Positions 47,506-56,905 of a DNA stretch of 64,000 bases are shown here, one piece after another. Position numbers and translations under genes: made by a program. The stretch is from a virus. The notes under the pieces are model-generated. The model was not told where the DNA came from. It was given only the letters and a program-made list of their open reading frames with translations, and did not search any database. The DNA lies in the IMG/VR virus record IMGVR_UViG_3300025133_009669, positions 1 to 64,000 of that record; one strand, 5' to 3'. Within the stretch, counting starts at the first letter, position 1, and every line of letters starts with the position of its first letter.

Positions 47506-48021
47506 ATGGCGAACAGAAACGTAAAGATACAACTACTAGAAGACGGAGCAGAAGTTCCTTCGAGAGCGCACTCTACAGACACAGGTTATGACCTGAAGTT
47601 TACGGGGATTCATAAGATAGTTGGTGATGTTATCTTTTTTAAAACAGGAATTTCCCTACAGCCTCCAGGGGGCTACTACTTTGAGGTTGTGCCTCGTAGC
47701 AGTATAGCGAAGTTGCCGTTAGCTATGGCTAACTCAGTAGGAATTATTGATGAAACTTATACTGGAGAAGTTATTGTGCCGGCTAGAGTAATGCACAAGC
47801 ATCCCGATATAGATATGGCATTCTCTCGATTTCCAAATGGAATTGTTAAGATCTTTGGAATTAGGCCCCAAACTATGGACTCTTTGGCGGGGCTTATTCT
47901 CAAGAATAAGCCGAAGCTTTTCCAAGCCATTTTAAGAAAGCGGAATAATTGCAAGTTTATCGTAGAAGAACTCGAAGAGACAGAACGATCAGATGGAGGC
48001 TTTGGCAGCACAGACTCTTAA
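47506..48021 (+). CDS. dut: Trimeric dUTPase
   Basis: TGYDL, PRSS, NSVGIIDETYTGE, TERSDGGFGSTD; AGGAG before ATG 47506. Confidence 0.92.
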   Translation: MANRNVKIQLLEDGAEVPSRAHSTDTGYDLKFTGIHKIVGDVIFFKTGISLQPPGGYYFEVVPRSSIAKLPLAMANSVGIIDETYTGEVIVPARVMHKHPDIDMAFSRFPNGIVKIFGIRPQTMDSLAGLILKNKPKLFQAILRKRNNCKFIVEELEETERSDGGFGSTDS

Positions 48022-48080
48022 GTAGCTAATAAAGTCCATCTATATAGACGCAGCGCCCGAATAGGGCAGGGAGGATTAAG

Positions 48081-48278
48081 ATGGACCCTACTTTTGGTGA
48101 CATAATAGCTTTCTACAGCTATTCAAAGGATAACGAATCTAAATTGTTTATTGAATATATATTGGCAAAATATTTTAATGACAAGTCTTTTTTCATGAAA
48201 ATAAGAGAGGCTCTTCCGTACTTGGAAGAAAATGATAAAGAAATGCTTTTCTCCATCGCAGATAAGGTAGAGCTTTAG
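48081..48278 (+). CDS. Hypothetical protein
   Basis: 65-aa ORF with GGAGG RBS. Confidence 0.55.
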   Translation: MDPTFGDIIAFYSYSKDNESKLFIEYILAKYFNDKSFFMKIREALPYLEENDKEMLFSIADKVEL

Positions 48279-48303
48279 CCTCTCGAAAAAGAGCAAGCGG
48301 ACC

Positions 48304-48355
48304 AACAGAAGAGGATCTGAGTTTTTATTGACAGATCCTCTTCTGTTCGTACGTT
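48304..48355 (+). promoter_or_regulatory. Perfect 16-bp inverted repeat overlapping a sigma70-like promoter upstream of topA
   Basis: AACAGAAGAGGATCTG (48304-19) / CAGATCCTCTTCTGTT (48332-47); TTGACA at 48328-33 and TACGTT at 48350-55 (16-nt spacer). Confidence 0.55.
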
Positions 48356-48376
48356 GTTCTTAACGAAGGAGCGCGT

Positions 48377-51300
48377 ATGCCGTTAGTTTTGATCGAGTCC
48401 CCCAATAAAATTTCAAAGTTGAGGACAATTCTTGGGCCCAATTACACTGTGATGGCTTCTGTAGGCCATATCATGGATCTTTCGAAAAAGAACATGGGAG
48501 TTGACCTCGATACCTTTGAGGCGATTTACAAGGTAAATCTTGATAAGAAAGATATTGCAAAGAATATTAAGGCTGAAGCGAAAAAGCATGAGGTCATTTA
48601 CATTGCTACTGACCCCGATAGAGAGGGTGAGGCTATTGCGTTTCACATAGCCTCCCTTCTGCCGAAAAGGGGCGTTAAGATTCATCGTGTTAGGTTCAAC
48701 GCGATTACCAAAGAGGCCGTCAAAAAGGCCATGAAGAATCCTGAGAAGCTAGATCAGAACCTGTATGATGCTCAGCAAGCTAGACGAATCACGGACAGGC
48801 TGGTGGGCTTCAGGGTCAGCCCTGTCATGTGGAATAAGGGGTTGCGCGGAACGAGTGCCGGCAGAGTTCAGTCTGTTGCCTTAAAATTTGTTGCAGACAG
48901 GGAAAAGGAGATAAAGGCTTTCGTTCCAAAAGAATATTGGACAATAAACGCGGAAACTTCCTCAGGCTTTAGTGCAGATTTCTATGGAATAGATGGAAAG
49001 AACTTTGTTCCATCAAATAAGGTCGAGTCCGATGACGTTACAGATGAGATGAAGTCCAAGAAGACAGACCTTGTTGTAACAGAGTATGTCGCAAAGCAGA
49101 GAACCCGAAAGCCTTACCCCCCGTTCATAACATCTACTATGCAGCAGTCTGCAAGCAACAGCTTAGGCTGGGGGGCGAAGAAGACTATGAGCGTGGCTCA
49201 AAGCCTTTTTGGATACGGCCTGATTACTTACCATCGCTGCTTCCCTGGGCACGTCAGAATCTCAACCAGTGCCGGCATGGTTCCGATTAAAGATATAAAA
49301 CTGGGAGAGATGGTCGACACGTTACGCGGGCCAAGGCCAGTAACGGATATTGTTAAAAATAAAAATAGAGAAATTTACTCGCTACAGACGAAGCATGGAT
49401 ATATGCTGGAGGGGAGTCACAACGAGCCGCTATTAGTAATGGGCGAAGACTTGTCAACATCGTGGGTAAAAATGGAAGACTTGAAGCCGGGAGATCACGT
49501 AGCTTTGGCTAAGAATTTCTCATGGAGTGACGAGCAGCTGTTTGATTATGAGTGCCCATTTGAACGAGAGAGGAGTCAGGTTAACACTCTTACTTGTGCT
49601 ATCTGCGGCCGGGATGATCTAAAAAGCTTATCGCCACATTTAAAGCGTCATCATAAGCTATCTGGCCCCGAATACTTGAAGCAATATGATAAAAAGCTTT
49701 TGGATGTAAGCCTAGTTAATAATTTTAAAATACCGAAAATTATGACAAATGAACTTGCCAGAGTTCTTGGGTATTTGTCATCAGAAGGTACATTTTCCAA
49801 GAATGGAAAAAATATTATTTTTTATAATTCCAATAAAAGCCTGCTTGATGACTTTGCAAATTGCTTTAATAGTCTGTTTGGAACAAGTTATAAACCTTTT
49901 TATGCCTCAAATAAGTTCGAAGCTAATTCTCAAAGAATTTGGAACTTTTTAAACTGGCTGGGGCTGGAGCCAGTGGACGCAAAGAAGAAGCGTGTTCCCC
50001 AGATCATGAATACGGCTCCAAAGTCTTGTGCTATTCAGTTTTTGAAGAGCTATTGGGAGGGCGATGGCTCTTACGATAAGTTCATTACAGACTCACTTTT
50101 GATGGCTAGAGACTTAAAATTGTTACTTCTCAGAATTGGAATCCCAACCGGATTACATATTAGCTGTGACACAAACGGCTTTAGTGCTGGAAATCCGCAG
50201 TATTTGATTCAACTTACTGGATATGTTCGTCGTAACTTTTTTGCTCAAATTCAAATGCCACATTCGGAGGCGAAACGAGATCAGGCTGAGAAAATGCTGC
50301 TCGGGACTACGGATGGCAAATACGAATATCATTGGAGTGACAGGATTCCACATACGAAAGGATTAATTGAGTCTATTTATAGTGAAAATTTTAAAAGCGG
50401 ATGGAGTGGAAGCGATCTCGATAAATATAGGGTGAAAATAGGGATAGACTCCAGGTGGAATAGAAAATATGGAAGCCTACACCGTAATCAAGTTAACGAT
50501 TCAAGCTGGGGCTATATAAACTTCGGAAAGGAGAAAGAACATAACAAACCATCGGGGCTAACTCCTATTCAGTTCATTAAACTTATAGACGAGAATCTCG
50601 GAGATGTAATCTCTAAAACATTAGAAGATGATATTATTTGGGACAAAATAACAAAAGTAAAAACCTCACATTACGAAGATACATGGGATCTGACGGTCGA
50701 AGGCCAACATCATTATGTGGCGGAAGGATTTTATGCACATAACACAGACAGCACGAGGAGTGATCCTCAGAAGATCACAGATCTGAGGGCCAAGATTACG
50801 AAAGATCATGGAAAGAAATATCTTTCGCCATCTGTTATTAAGTATGGGGCAAAATCTGGAGCACAAGACGCGCACGAAGCTATTCGACCTACTTATGACA
50901 AGGCTGTCTCGGCCCTCTCCACAGATGAGAAGAAACTGCTTAGGCTAATCGACAATAGATTTACTGCATCTCAAATGGCTAATGCAAAATTTGACCAAGT
51001 AGCTTTAAAGATGGAATTCAAAGGAAAGGGTCGAGCTTTTAACTTCAAGAAAAATGGTAGCGCGCTCAAGTTTGATGGATTTTTAAAAGTATATGGAGAG
51101 ATCAAAGACGACGTAATTCTTCCATCTCTTGCGGTTGGAGACAAAGTGCCGTGGGATAAGGTTGTATCCGGCCAGCATTTTACCAAGCCGCCGCCGCGCT
51201 TTTCTGATGCATCTATCATCAAACTCCTAGAAAAGGAGGGAGTTGGAAGGCCTAGTACTTACGCCTCTATTTTAGATACCATTCTTAATAGAAAATATGT

Positions 51301-51961
51301 CACGAGAAATAAGAAGGCCCTATGTGCAACAGAAACAGGAATCATGGTGTCAGATTATTTGACGGCGAATTTCTCTAAAATAGTTGATGCTAAATTTACT
51401 TCAAAAATGGAATCAAATTTAGATACCATTGCAACAGGTGGGTTGTCGTATAAAGACTTGCTGAAAGACTTTAATGAGAAGTTAGATGAGCAATTAAAGA
51501 CGGCAAATCAAGCTGGGCCTCCGAAGGCTTTCATTGTAGACGTGGGATGTCCAAAGTGTAAATCAAAGATGACAAAGAAGATATCTAAGTCAGGACCTTT
51601 CCTTTCTTGTCTTACTTGGCCCAAGTGTGATGGAACTGCATCTATAGACGGAAAGCCTAAGGCTGTTGCCGTTGAGACAGGACATAAGTGTCCTGAGTGT
51701 TCAAATATCTTGGTTAAGAGAAAGAGCAAGGCAAAGGGGACGGAATTTTTAGGCTGCAAGACCTTTCCCACATGTAGGTATGCTGCTTCTATCGATTCTG
51801 ATGGAAATCCTGTAAAGAAGTCTGCAAAAGCTCCTCTCAAGAAGACTGGACAAAAGTGTCCTAAATGCAAACAGGGAGATGTAGTTGAGAGGAAGGGTAG
51901 GTACGGCCTCTTCGCCGGCTGCTCCAAATTTCCAAAATGCAAGCAAACTATGAAGATCTAG
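48377..51961 (+). CDS. topA: DNA topoisomerase IA with intein and C-terminal zinc ribbons
   Basis: LIESPNK, ATDPDREGEAI, SAGRVQS, ITYHR|TDS catalytic Tyr motif, AQDAHEAIRPT, GVGRPSTYA, three CPxC...C...C ribbons. Confidence 0.95.
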   Translation: MPLVLIESPNKISKLRTILGPNYTVMASVGHIMDLSKKNMGVDLDTFEAIYKVNLDKKDIAKNIKAEAKKHEVIYIATDPDREGEAIAFHIASLLPKRGVKIHRVRFNAITKEAVKKAMKNPEKLDQNLYDAQQARRITDRLVGFRVSPVMWNKGLRGTSAGRVQSVALKFVADREKEIKAFVPKEYWTINAETSSGFSADFYGIDGKNFVPSNKVESDDVTDEMKSKKTDLVVTEYVAKQRTRKPYPPFITSTMQQSASNSLGWGAKKTMSVAQSLFGYGLITYHRCFPGHVRISTSAGMVPIKDIKLGEMVDTLRGPRPVTDIVKNKNREIYSLQTKHGYMLEGSHNEPLLVMGEDLSTSWVKMEDLKPGDHVALAKNFSWSDEQLFDYECPFERERSQVNTLTCAICGRDDLKSLSPHLKRHHKLSGPEYLKQYDKKLLDVSLVNNFKIPKIMTNELARVLGYLSSEGTFSKNGKNIIFYNSNKSLLDDFANCFNSLFGTSYKPFYASNKFEANSQRIWNFLNWLGLEPVDAKKKRVPQIMNTAPKSCAIQFLKSYWEGDGSYDKFITDSLLMARDLKLLLLRIGIPTGLHISCDTNGFSAGNPQYLIQLTGYVRRNFFAQIQMPHSEAKRDQAEKMLLGTTDGKYEYHWSDRIPHTKGLIESIYSENFKSGWSGSDLDKYRVKIGIDSRWNRKYGSLHRNQVNDSSWGYINFGKEKEHNKPSGLTPIQFIKLIDENLGDVISKTLEDDIIWDKITKVKTSHYEDTWDLTVEGQHHYVAEGFYAHNTDSTRSDPQKITDLRAKITKDHGKKYLSPSVIKYGAKSGAQDAHEAIRPTYDKAVSALSTDEKKLLRLIDNRFTASQMANAKFDQVALKMEFKGKGRAFNFKKNGSALKFDGFLKVYGEIKDDVILPSLAVGDKVPWDKVVSGQHFTKPPPRFSDASIIKLLEKEGVGRPSTYASILDTILNRKYVTRNKKALCATETGIMVSDYLTANFSKIVDAKFTSKMESNLDTIATGGLSYKDLLKDFNEKLDEQLKTANQAGPPKAFIVDVGCPKCKSKMTKKISKSGPFLSCLTWPKCDGTASIDGKPKAVAVETGHKCPECSNILVKRKSKAKGTEFLGCKTFPTCRYAASIDSDGNPVKKSAKAPLKKTGQKCPKCKQGDVVERKGRYGLFAGCSKFPKCKQTMKI
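49238..50743 (+). mobile_element. Intein (502 aa) in TopA with C2H2-type zinc finger and LAGLIDADG endonuclease
   Basis: Starts CFPGHVRI, LARVLGYLSSEG and FLKSYWEGDG, ends GFYAHN followed by Thr. Confidence 0.93.
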
Positions 51962-51967
51962 TAATAT

Positions 51968-52015
51968 TCGGGCTATATGGTGTGCAAGCATTCCATTGCA
52001 CCATATAACCCGGAG
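51968..52015 (+). promoter_or_regulatory. Long stem-loop overlapping the RBS of the HNH endonuclease gene
   Basis: CGGG-c-TATATGG-tg-TGCAA pairs with TTGCA-CCATATA-a-CCCG; GGAG at 52012-15 overlaps the stem base. Confidence 0.55.
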
Positions 52016-52020
52016 ATATT

Positions 52021-52812
52021 ATGACTAAAAAATGTAGCAAATGTAATATAGATAAGCCATTAACAGAGTTTTCTTTAAGAAAAGAAGTCGGAAAGAAGGG
52101 ATCATATACAAGGCCTAGAGCTGATTGTAAAAAATGTGTGGCGAAGAGATCAAAAGAGTATATTAGGAAAAAGAAAGAAGCGATTATAGCGCGCGGCGGG
52201 CATGATTATAATATAATTTATCAAAATTATTTCAAATGCCCTAAGTGTAATTCAAATAAGTTGGGCAAGTTTTTTTATAAAACACAGGAGCATAAAACTG
52301 GGCTAAGCGTATATTGTAAGTCTTGTGATAAAAAATATGCTCAAGATAGAATGTTTGCAAGGAAGCACGAATACACAGAAGAGCAGTTGGCAATGATAAT
52401 GAGAGAGTGCAAGATCTGCAAGAAGACTAGGCCGCTCGGAGAATACCATAGATCTCATAGTTCAAAATCAGGAAGACGGATCAATTGCAAATTTTGCATA
52501 AATAAAAAAAATCAGAAGAGGAGAAGTTCAAAAAAGGGCCGATTGGGCGTTTATAAAGAGGCGGCAAGAGGTAGGAAAATAGAGTGGAACCTTTCTGATG
52601 AAGAATTCTTTTCGTTTTGGCAGTCGGATTGCTCTTACTGCGGAGATAAGATAGCGACAATAGGAGTTGATCGAGTTGATAACACAAAGGCATATTCTGT
52701 AGATAATGTACGCTCATGCTGTATTGTCTGTAACAGAATGAAAATGGCTATGGGCCTCGATGAGTGGCTCTCTCATATGAGAAAAATAATTAAAAATTCG
52801 GATAAACAATAG
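52021..52812 (+). CDS. HNH-type homing endonuclease with three CxxC...CxxC zinc-binding repeats
   Basis: KCSKC...CKKC, KCPKC...CKSC, ECKIC...CKFC; C-terminal CSYCG...GVDRVDN...YSVDNVRSCCIVCNRMK. Confidence 0.8.
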   Translation: MTKKCSKCNIDKPLTEFSLRKEVGKKGSYTRPRADCKKCVAKRSKEYIRKKKEAIIARGGHDYNIIYQNYFKCPKCNSNKLGKFFYKTQEHKTGLSVYCKSCDKKYAQDRMFARKHEYTEEQLAMIMRECKICKKTRPLGEYHRSHSSKSGRRINCKFCINKKNQKRRSSKKGRLGVYKEAARGRKIEWNLSDEEFFSFWQSDCSYCGDKIATIGVDRVDNTKAYSVDNVRSCCIVCNRMKMAMGLDEWLSHMRKIIKNSDKQ

Positions 52813-52916
52813 GATAATCATGCTTAATAACGATGAGCCAAGTCTTTCCTCCCTGAATGAAGGCGGCTATTAAGTGCGGAGAATTAAAATATGCAAATGA
52901 ATACTGAGGAGATAAG

Positions 52917-52994
52917 ATGACCTGGAATCATAGAGTAATTCGGCGCAAAGAGCAAGGGCTTGCTATTCAATTTAAGCTTAAAAATGAAAGCTAA
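52917..52994 (+). pseudogene. Truncated remnant ORF MTWNHRVIRRK...
   Basis: GAGGAG RBS then only 25 codons; N-terminus resembles phage proteins starting M-x-W-N-x-R-V (from recall). Confidence 0.35.
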
Positions 52995-53019
52995 AGACAA
53001 GAAACACTAAGGAGCCAAT

Positions 53020-53355
53020 ATGTCAAAAGATAATAATGAAAATTCTACGCAGCAATCATGCCCTCCCGATCTCTTTAAAGAGCCTTTGCTTATAACGGAG
53101 AAGAAGCCTTTATCTACAGGTCTTGAGGACGCGCTGAGAGCAGTTAGGTCGGTCAGGCAGGGAAAGGCGATGGCCTCAAGACAGTGGTCCCTTCTGGTCT
53201 GGCTACTCTCTGATGACTCTAGAGAGATAAGCGATGATGCCTCTCCTTTATTGAGGCAGTTGGTCATAATGGCTAGATCTAAGAATTATCAGGAGATCAC
53301 AGAGATGCTTATCTTTGCAAAAGAATCTGCGAGAAAGGAGCATAAGGAATCATAA
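53020..53355 (+). CDS. Hypothetical protein
   Basis: AAGGAG RBS; ORF in co-directional array. Confidence 0.6.
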   Translation: MSKDNNENSTQQSCPPDLFKEPLLITEKKPLSTGLEDALRAVRSVRQGKAMASRQWSLLVWLLSDDSREISDDASPLLRQLVIMARSKNYQEITEMLIFAKESARKEHKES

Positions 53356-53564
53356 TGCAGGACGAGGGCGAGATAGTTTCAGAGAAGAAGAGCTGGTTTA
53401 ATGCGGATACAGGCAGTCTAACTTTTATAGATTCGTGTCAGTCAGCTTACGATTTACCTCTTATATGGAAAGAGAACGTAATCTGCTATGTTGAGGATGA
53501 AGAAGTTATATATATTAGCGCCGGTCCAGCAGTTTGGAAGCGTGTAACAGAAACACCCTTTTAA
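53355..53564 (+). CDS. Hypothetical protein
   Basis: TAATG coupling with upstream gene. Confidence 0.55.
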   Translation: MQDEGEIVSEKKSWFNADTGSLTFIDSCQSAYDLPLIWKENVICYVEDEEVIYISAGPAVWKRVTETPF

Positions 53565-53574
53565 AGGAGAATCA

Positions 53575-53994
53575 ATGAATAATTATAATCATGAGTGGTA
53601 CGAGATGAGTAGTCATCCGGGATGGTTTGAGTGCGAATTTTGTCCGCTTCAAAAGCACGGAGAAGAAGTAAAGAAGGGAGAAGAAATAGTAGATTACTGT
53701 CCTTCGCGACTTCTTACTGCATTAAAATGTTCTGAGGAAAAATCTCGCATATTTGGACCATTAAATAGCACTGCCGATGCCGCCAAGGCTTGGGAGAAGA
53801 AGATAAGAAGAGAGTTAGAAGAAGAAATTGGCATTTGGAAAGAAGCTGGTGAAGATTACCAGAATATGGCTCTTAAATGGCATAATGCTGTGACTCGTGC
53901 AGAAAGAGCCGAAGCCTTGAACGCTTCTCTGCAGCAAGAAATAGAGGCTAAGGTTCAGCATGCCTACACAGCTATAAGGTCTGAGGAGAGCTAA
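53575..53994 (+). CDS. Hypothetical protein (Cys motif + coiled coil)
   Basis: AGGAG RBS; CEFC...YCP. Confidence 0.6.
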   Translation: MNNYNHEWYEMSSHPGWFECEFCPLQKHGEEVKKGEEIVDYCPSRLLTALKCSEEKSRIFGPLNSTADAAKAWEKKIRRELEEEIGIWKEAGEDYQNMALKWHNAVTRAERAEALNASLQQEIEAKVQHAYTAIRSEES

Positions 53995-54003
53995 ATTTTT
54001 ATT

Positions 54004-54402
54004 ATGCTAGAACTTACAGAAGAAGAAGTCTCTCTCTCAAAAAGGGCTTTGTCTTGCGCCAATTGGCGTTGGAAAATAGGAATGAGAGGCGGAGTTCCTG
54101 GCGACTGGTACCGTGCGTGTGATCAATCAGAAAAGATATATTGGCATGGAGAGACCAATGGAGGATGGACCATTGAGGTTGGTAGTGATTGGATTCCAGA
54201 CTTTAGGGATGCGGCAACGCTAGGCTGCCTATTGGAAATAGTTAGAGAAATTTCTGGAGATCCGTGGCTTTATGTCTATGTTAGGTCTAGAGCAGATGGA
54301 TCGGAGCACGAATGGACGGGCACCGTATGGGATGAGCGCTTTTCCGCCGATAGCGAAGAGGGCGTTCTTGTGAAAATGCTGGAGAGCTTAAATGAGTCGT
54401 AA
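54004..54402 (+). CDS. Hypothetical phage protein, paralog of 54854-55204
   Basis: Shared motif W.PD..DAAT.GCL. Confidence 0.65.
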   Translation: MLELTEEEVSLSKRALSCANWRWKIGMRGGVPGDWYRACDQSEKIYWHGETNGGWTIEVGSDWIPDFRDAATLGCLLEIVREISGDPWLYVYVRSRADGSEHEWTGTVWDERFSADSEEGVLVKMLESLNES

Positions 54403-54850
54403 TCTATGTACATCATCTTGTGAAAGCTGTGGATATACTGTTCGATTGTCAGATATCCGAGGAAAGCCAATAGAGTTTCGGCAATATGGAAAGTATGCTC
54501 CGCAGCTTGGCTGCAGGTTTGATTGCCATTGCGGGGAAGTGTACTTCGCTATTTGGAGGGCCCAAGAACAATTTTGGGGCAGAAAGGCATTGTCTGACGG
54601 GTCTTGGAAGAAGCCAACTCTTGATATCAATGGATATGAATTTGACAATAATGAGCATGGAAAGTTTGCAATTGAGCATGCCAGTCATACGGAGGAGACA
54701 GGGGTTTTTACCATTGATCTTTCTCATTATGCAGCATACAATGATGAGAAGTGCGGCAATTCCTTCCTAGAAGAGCAGATTCTTAATGGAGAAAAGGATC
54801 CACGGCATTTGTGTGTAGATAACGCTCTTGATACACAGCTGGTGTGGTAG
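54392..54850 (+). CDS. Hypothetical Cys-containing protein
   Basis: GGAGAG RBS; CESCG...CHCG. Confidence 0.6.
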   Translation: MSRNLCTSSCESCGYTVRLSDIRGKPIEFRQYGKYAPQLGCRFDCHCGEVYFAIWRAQEQFWGRKALSDGSWKKPTLDINGYEFDNNEHGKFAIEHASHTEETGVFTIDLSHYAAYNDEKCGNSFLEEQILNGEKDPRHLCVDNALDTQLVW

Positions 54851-54853
54851 AAG

Positions 54854-55204
54854 GTGGCCAACGAAGAGCTGTCAAAGCGTCTGCTTGCATGTTCACGATT
54901 TCAATGGATACCTGGAATGTTGGGACGAGATGGGCCCGTAACACAACGAATATTTGATTATAAAATTCCTGATAAAGAAAGATGGCTGCCAGACTTAAAC
55001 GATGCAGCTACGATCGGTTGTTTGATAGCCTTGGCCCGCATTATCTATAAGGATAATTCTCTTATAATTGCATCTATTGATTATGGGCCCGGAGGAATTA
55101 TGTGGCAAGCAAGAAAGACTATTGGAGGGGTTTGGCTTAGTGAGCGTCATTATCCCTCAGAGGCAGAGGCTATAGTCGCAATTTTTGAAAATAAAATAAA
55201 ATGA
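54854..55204 (+). CDS. Hypothetical phage protein, paralog of 54004-54402
   Basis: LSKRLLAC...WIPGM...WLPDLNDAATIGCL. Confidence 0.65.
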   Translation: MANEELSKRLLACSRFQWIPGMLGRDGPVTQRIFDYKIPDKERWLPDLNDAATIGCLIALARIIYKDNSLIIASIDYGPGGIMWQARKTIGGVWLSERHYPSEAEAIVAIFENKIK

Positions 55205-55211
55205 GGTTAAT

Positions 55212-55670
55212 ATGAAAAGAAACAAACCATTATCACCAACCATGAAGCGTAAATTTGAGCGATCAGGATGTGTCTTCAAAGAGCATCCAGACGATGATGA
55301 GCATAGGCAAATCGGAGGAGGAAGCGGCCTCGGACTATGTGGATTCGGGCCGGATGGAGGCTTTATTGCTCCCGAAAGTGACGGCGATTATTTCAGGTGG
55401 CTAGCCAGATCTGGAATATATGCTCCCCTTAGGGCTGACTCTGCTCATAGCTCCGCATCAATAGGCAAGATAGGAATAGGAGAATATGCTGGCAAATGGG
55501 CCGGATGGTCACATCGAGCAAGCTTAATGTTTGGAATAGGTGATCTTTTGTTTGAGGAGAAATATGTTCTTACTGATGAAACTTTATTTCGAAATGCAGG
55601 AGAAGTTGTTATAAAAACGGAAGAGCAAGCAAGACAGGCTGCTTCTAATTTCTCAAAATATGTCTCTTAG
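55212..55670 (+). CDS. Hypothetical protein
   Basis: GAGG RBS; KWAGWSHRA...FGIGD conserved-looking segment. Confidence 0.6.
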   Translation: MKRNKPLSPTMKRKFERSGCVFKEHPDDDEHRQIGGGSGLGLCGFGPDGGFIAPESDGDYFRWLARSGIYAPLRADSAHSSASIGKIGIGEYAGKWAGWSHRASLMFGIGDLLFEEKYVLTDETLFRNAGEVVIKTEEQARQAASNFSKYVS

Positions 55671-55680
55671 GAATGTCAAT

Positions 55681-56085
55681 ATGAAAAAGGAAACTTTGGA
55701 AGAATTTCGTCAGCGGTTACATAGCGGACATGTTAATACGGACTCTATAATTGAGTAGCTATGGGAGGCTAACAACGTCATTAATACTCTTAGAGATGAG
55801 TCTGTTTTTCTAGAAAAACTAGCTGTGTTTGAGCACAAACAGTGGGCTCATTGGACTAAATATATGTTAAAAACACTAGACCCTCTCTTATCATATGGTC
55901 AAGGCGTTGTTCTTGAGGCAATAAAGCAAGGGCAGAAAGATGAGGACGCTATTTTTGCAATAGATGCGGTAAGACGTTGGTGGAAGCAGATTGACACGCC
56001 TTATTTTAAGCTTTCTGAGAAAGAAAAAGAATCTGATAGAGAATGGGCTCGAAAAGTAATGAATATAGTTGTTCCAATAAATTAA
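55681..56085 (+). pseudogene. Hypothetical gene interrupted by an in-frame TAG (55756-55758); C-terminal RyR-like motif
   Basis: ATG 55681 with AGGA upstream is in frame with the 55825 ORF; PYFKLSEKEKESDR resembles the RyR-domain PY..L.E.EK..DR motif. Confidence 0.5.
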
Positions 56086-56094
56086 AAAAATTTT

Positions 56095-56433
56095 ATGAAA
56101 ACATTAACAAAAGTACATGAGGAGCAGGCAGAAAAAGAGAGAATTAACCTCGAAGACAGAATGATTGCAAGAAAAAGGCTTTTAGAAAGCTCTGCCTCTA
56201 TACTTCCACTTGAAGGTAGAGTCTCGAATAGACTTATTTATAGAGAACTTTTAAAGAAAAAAATCCATGTTTCTTCTCGTAACATTATGTCCAATGTTGC
56301 TTGTGATAATTGCAAAACAGAACTAGTCTTCAAAAGCCCTGATTCTATCGTTATGAGCTATCCTCCGCGACGATGTGTTGTATGCGTTGGTTGCGGATTT
56401 AGCGGCCATCTGAGGTTGAACGCAAATGTTTAA
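56095..56433 (+). CDS. Hypothetical zinc-ribbon protein
   Basis: CDNC...SYPP...CVGCGF. Confidence 0.6.
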   Translation: MKTLTKVHEEQAEKERINLEDRMIARKRLLESSASILPLEGRVSNRLIYRELLKKKIHVSSRNIMSNVACDNCKTELVFKSPDSIVMSYPPRRCVVCVGCGFSGHLRLNANV

Positions 56434-56905
56434 CAAAATAGAGATGTGGAGAGATGAGGACGAAACTGGAGTCTCTGGAATCGGAAAGGTTGCAGAAGGC
56501 GTAAGGTTTAGCGATGGGAAGATCGCATTAAGATGGCTAACTAGCACTAGCTCTACTTGCCTTTATGACTCTTATGGTGATGTTCTGGCAATTCATGGTC
56601 ACGGAGGGAAAACAAGGTTCATAATATGCGGAACTCCGTGGAAACGCGGAAAGGAAGATGCGATACAAGATGCTGCAGAGAACGCTCCCTTCAACTGCAT
56701 TAGGGGAGGTCGAAAGGCTCCGCCCCCTATTAAAAGAGTAGAGTGGACTCTTCCAGCGTGGATAACAAAGGATGAAGAAGAAGCCTATCTCGCAGGCTAT
56801 GAGGCCGGCTGCATAAGCCTTTACGGAGAAGAATGGGAGACTTGTTCGTGGGAATGGCACAGCACAGTTTCAATAGGAGGTATAACGAATGTCGGACAGA
56901 AATGA
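56426..56905 (+). CDS. Hypothetical conserved phage protein
   Basis: RDEDETGVSGIGKVAEGVRFSDG...HGHGGKT motif. Confidence 0.65.
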   Translation: MFNKIEMWRDEDETGVSGIGKVAEGVRFSDGKIALRWLTSTSSTCLYDSYGDVLAIHGHGGKTRFIICGTPWKRGKEDAIQDAAENAPFNCIRGGRKAPPPIKRVEWTLPAWITKDEEEAYLAGYEAGCISLYGEEWETCSWEWHSTVSIGGITNVGQK

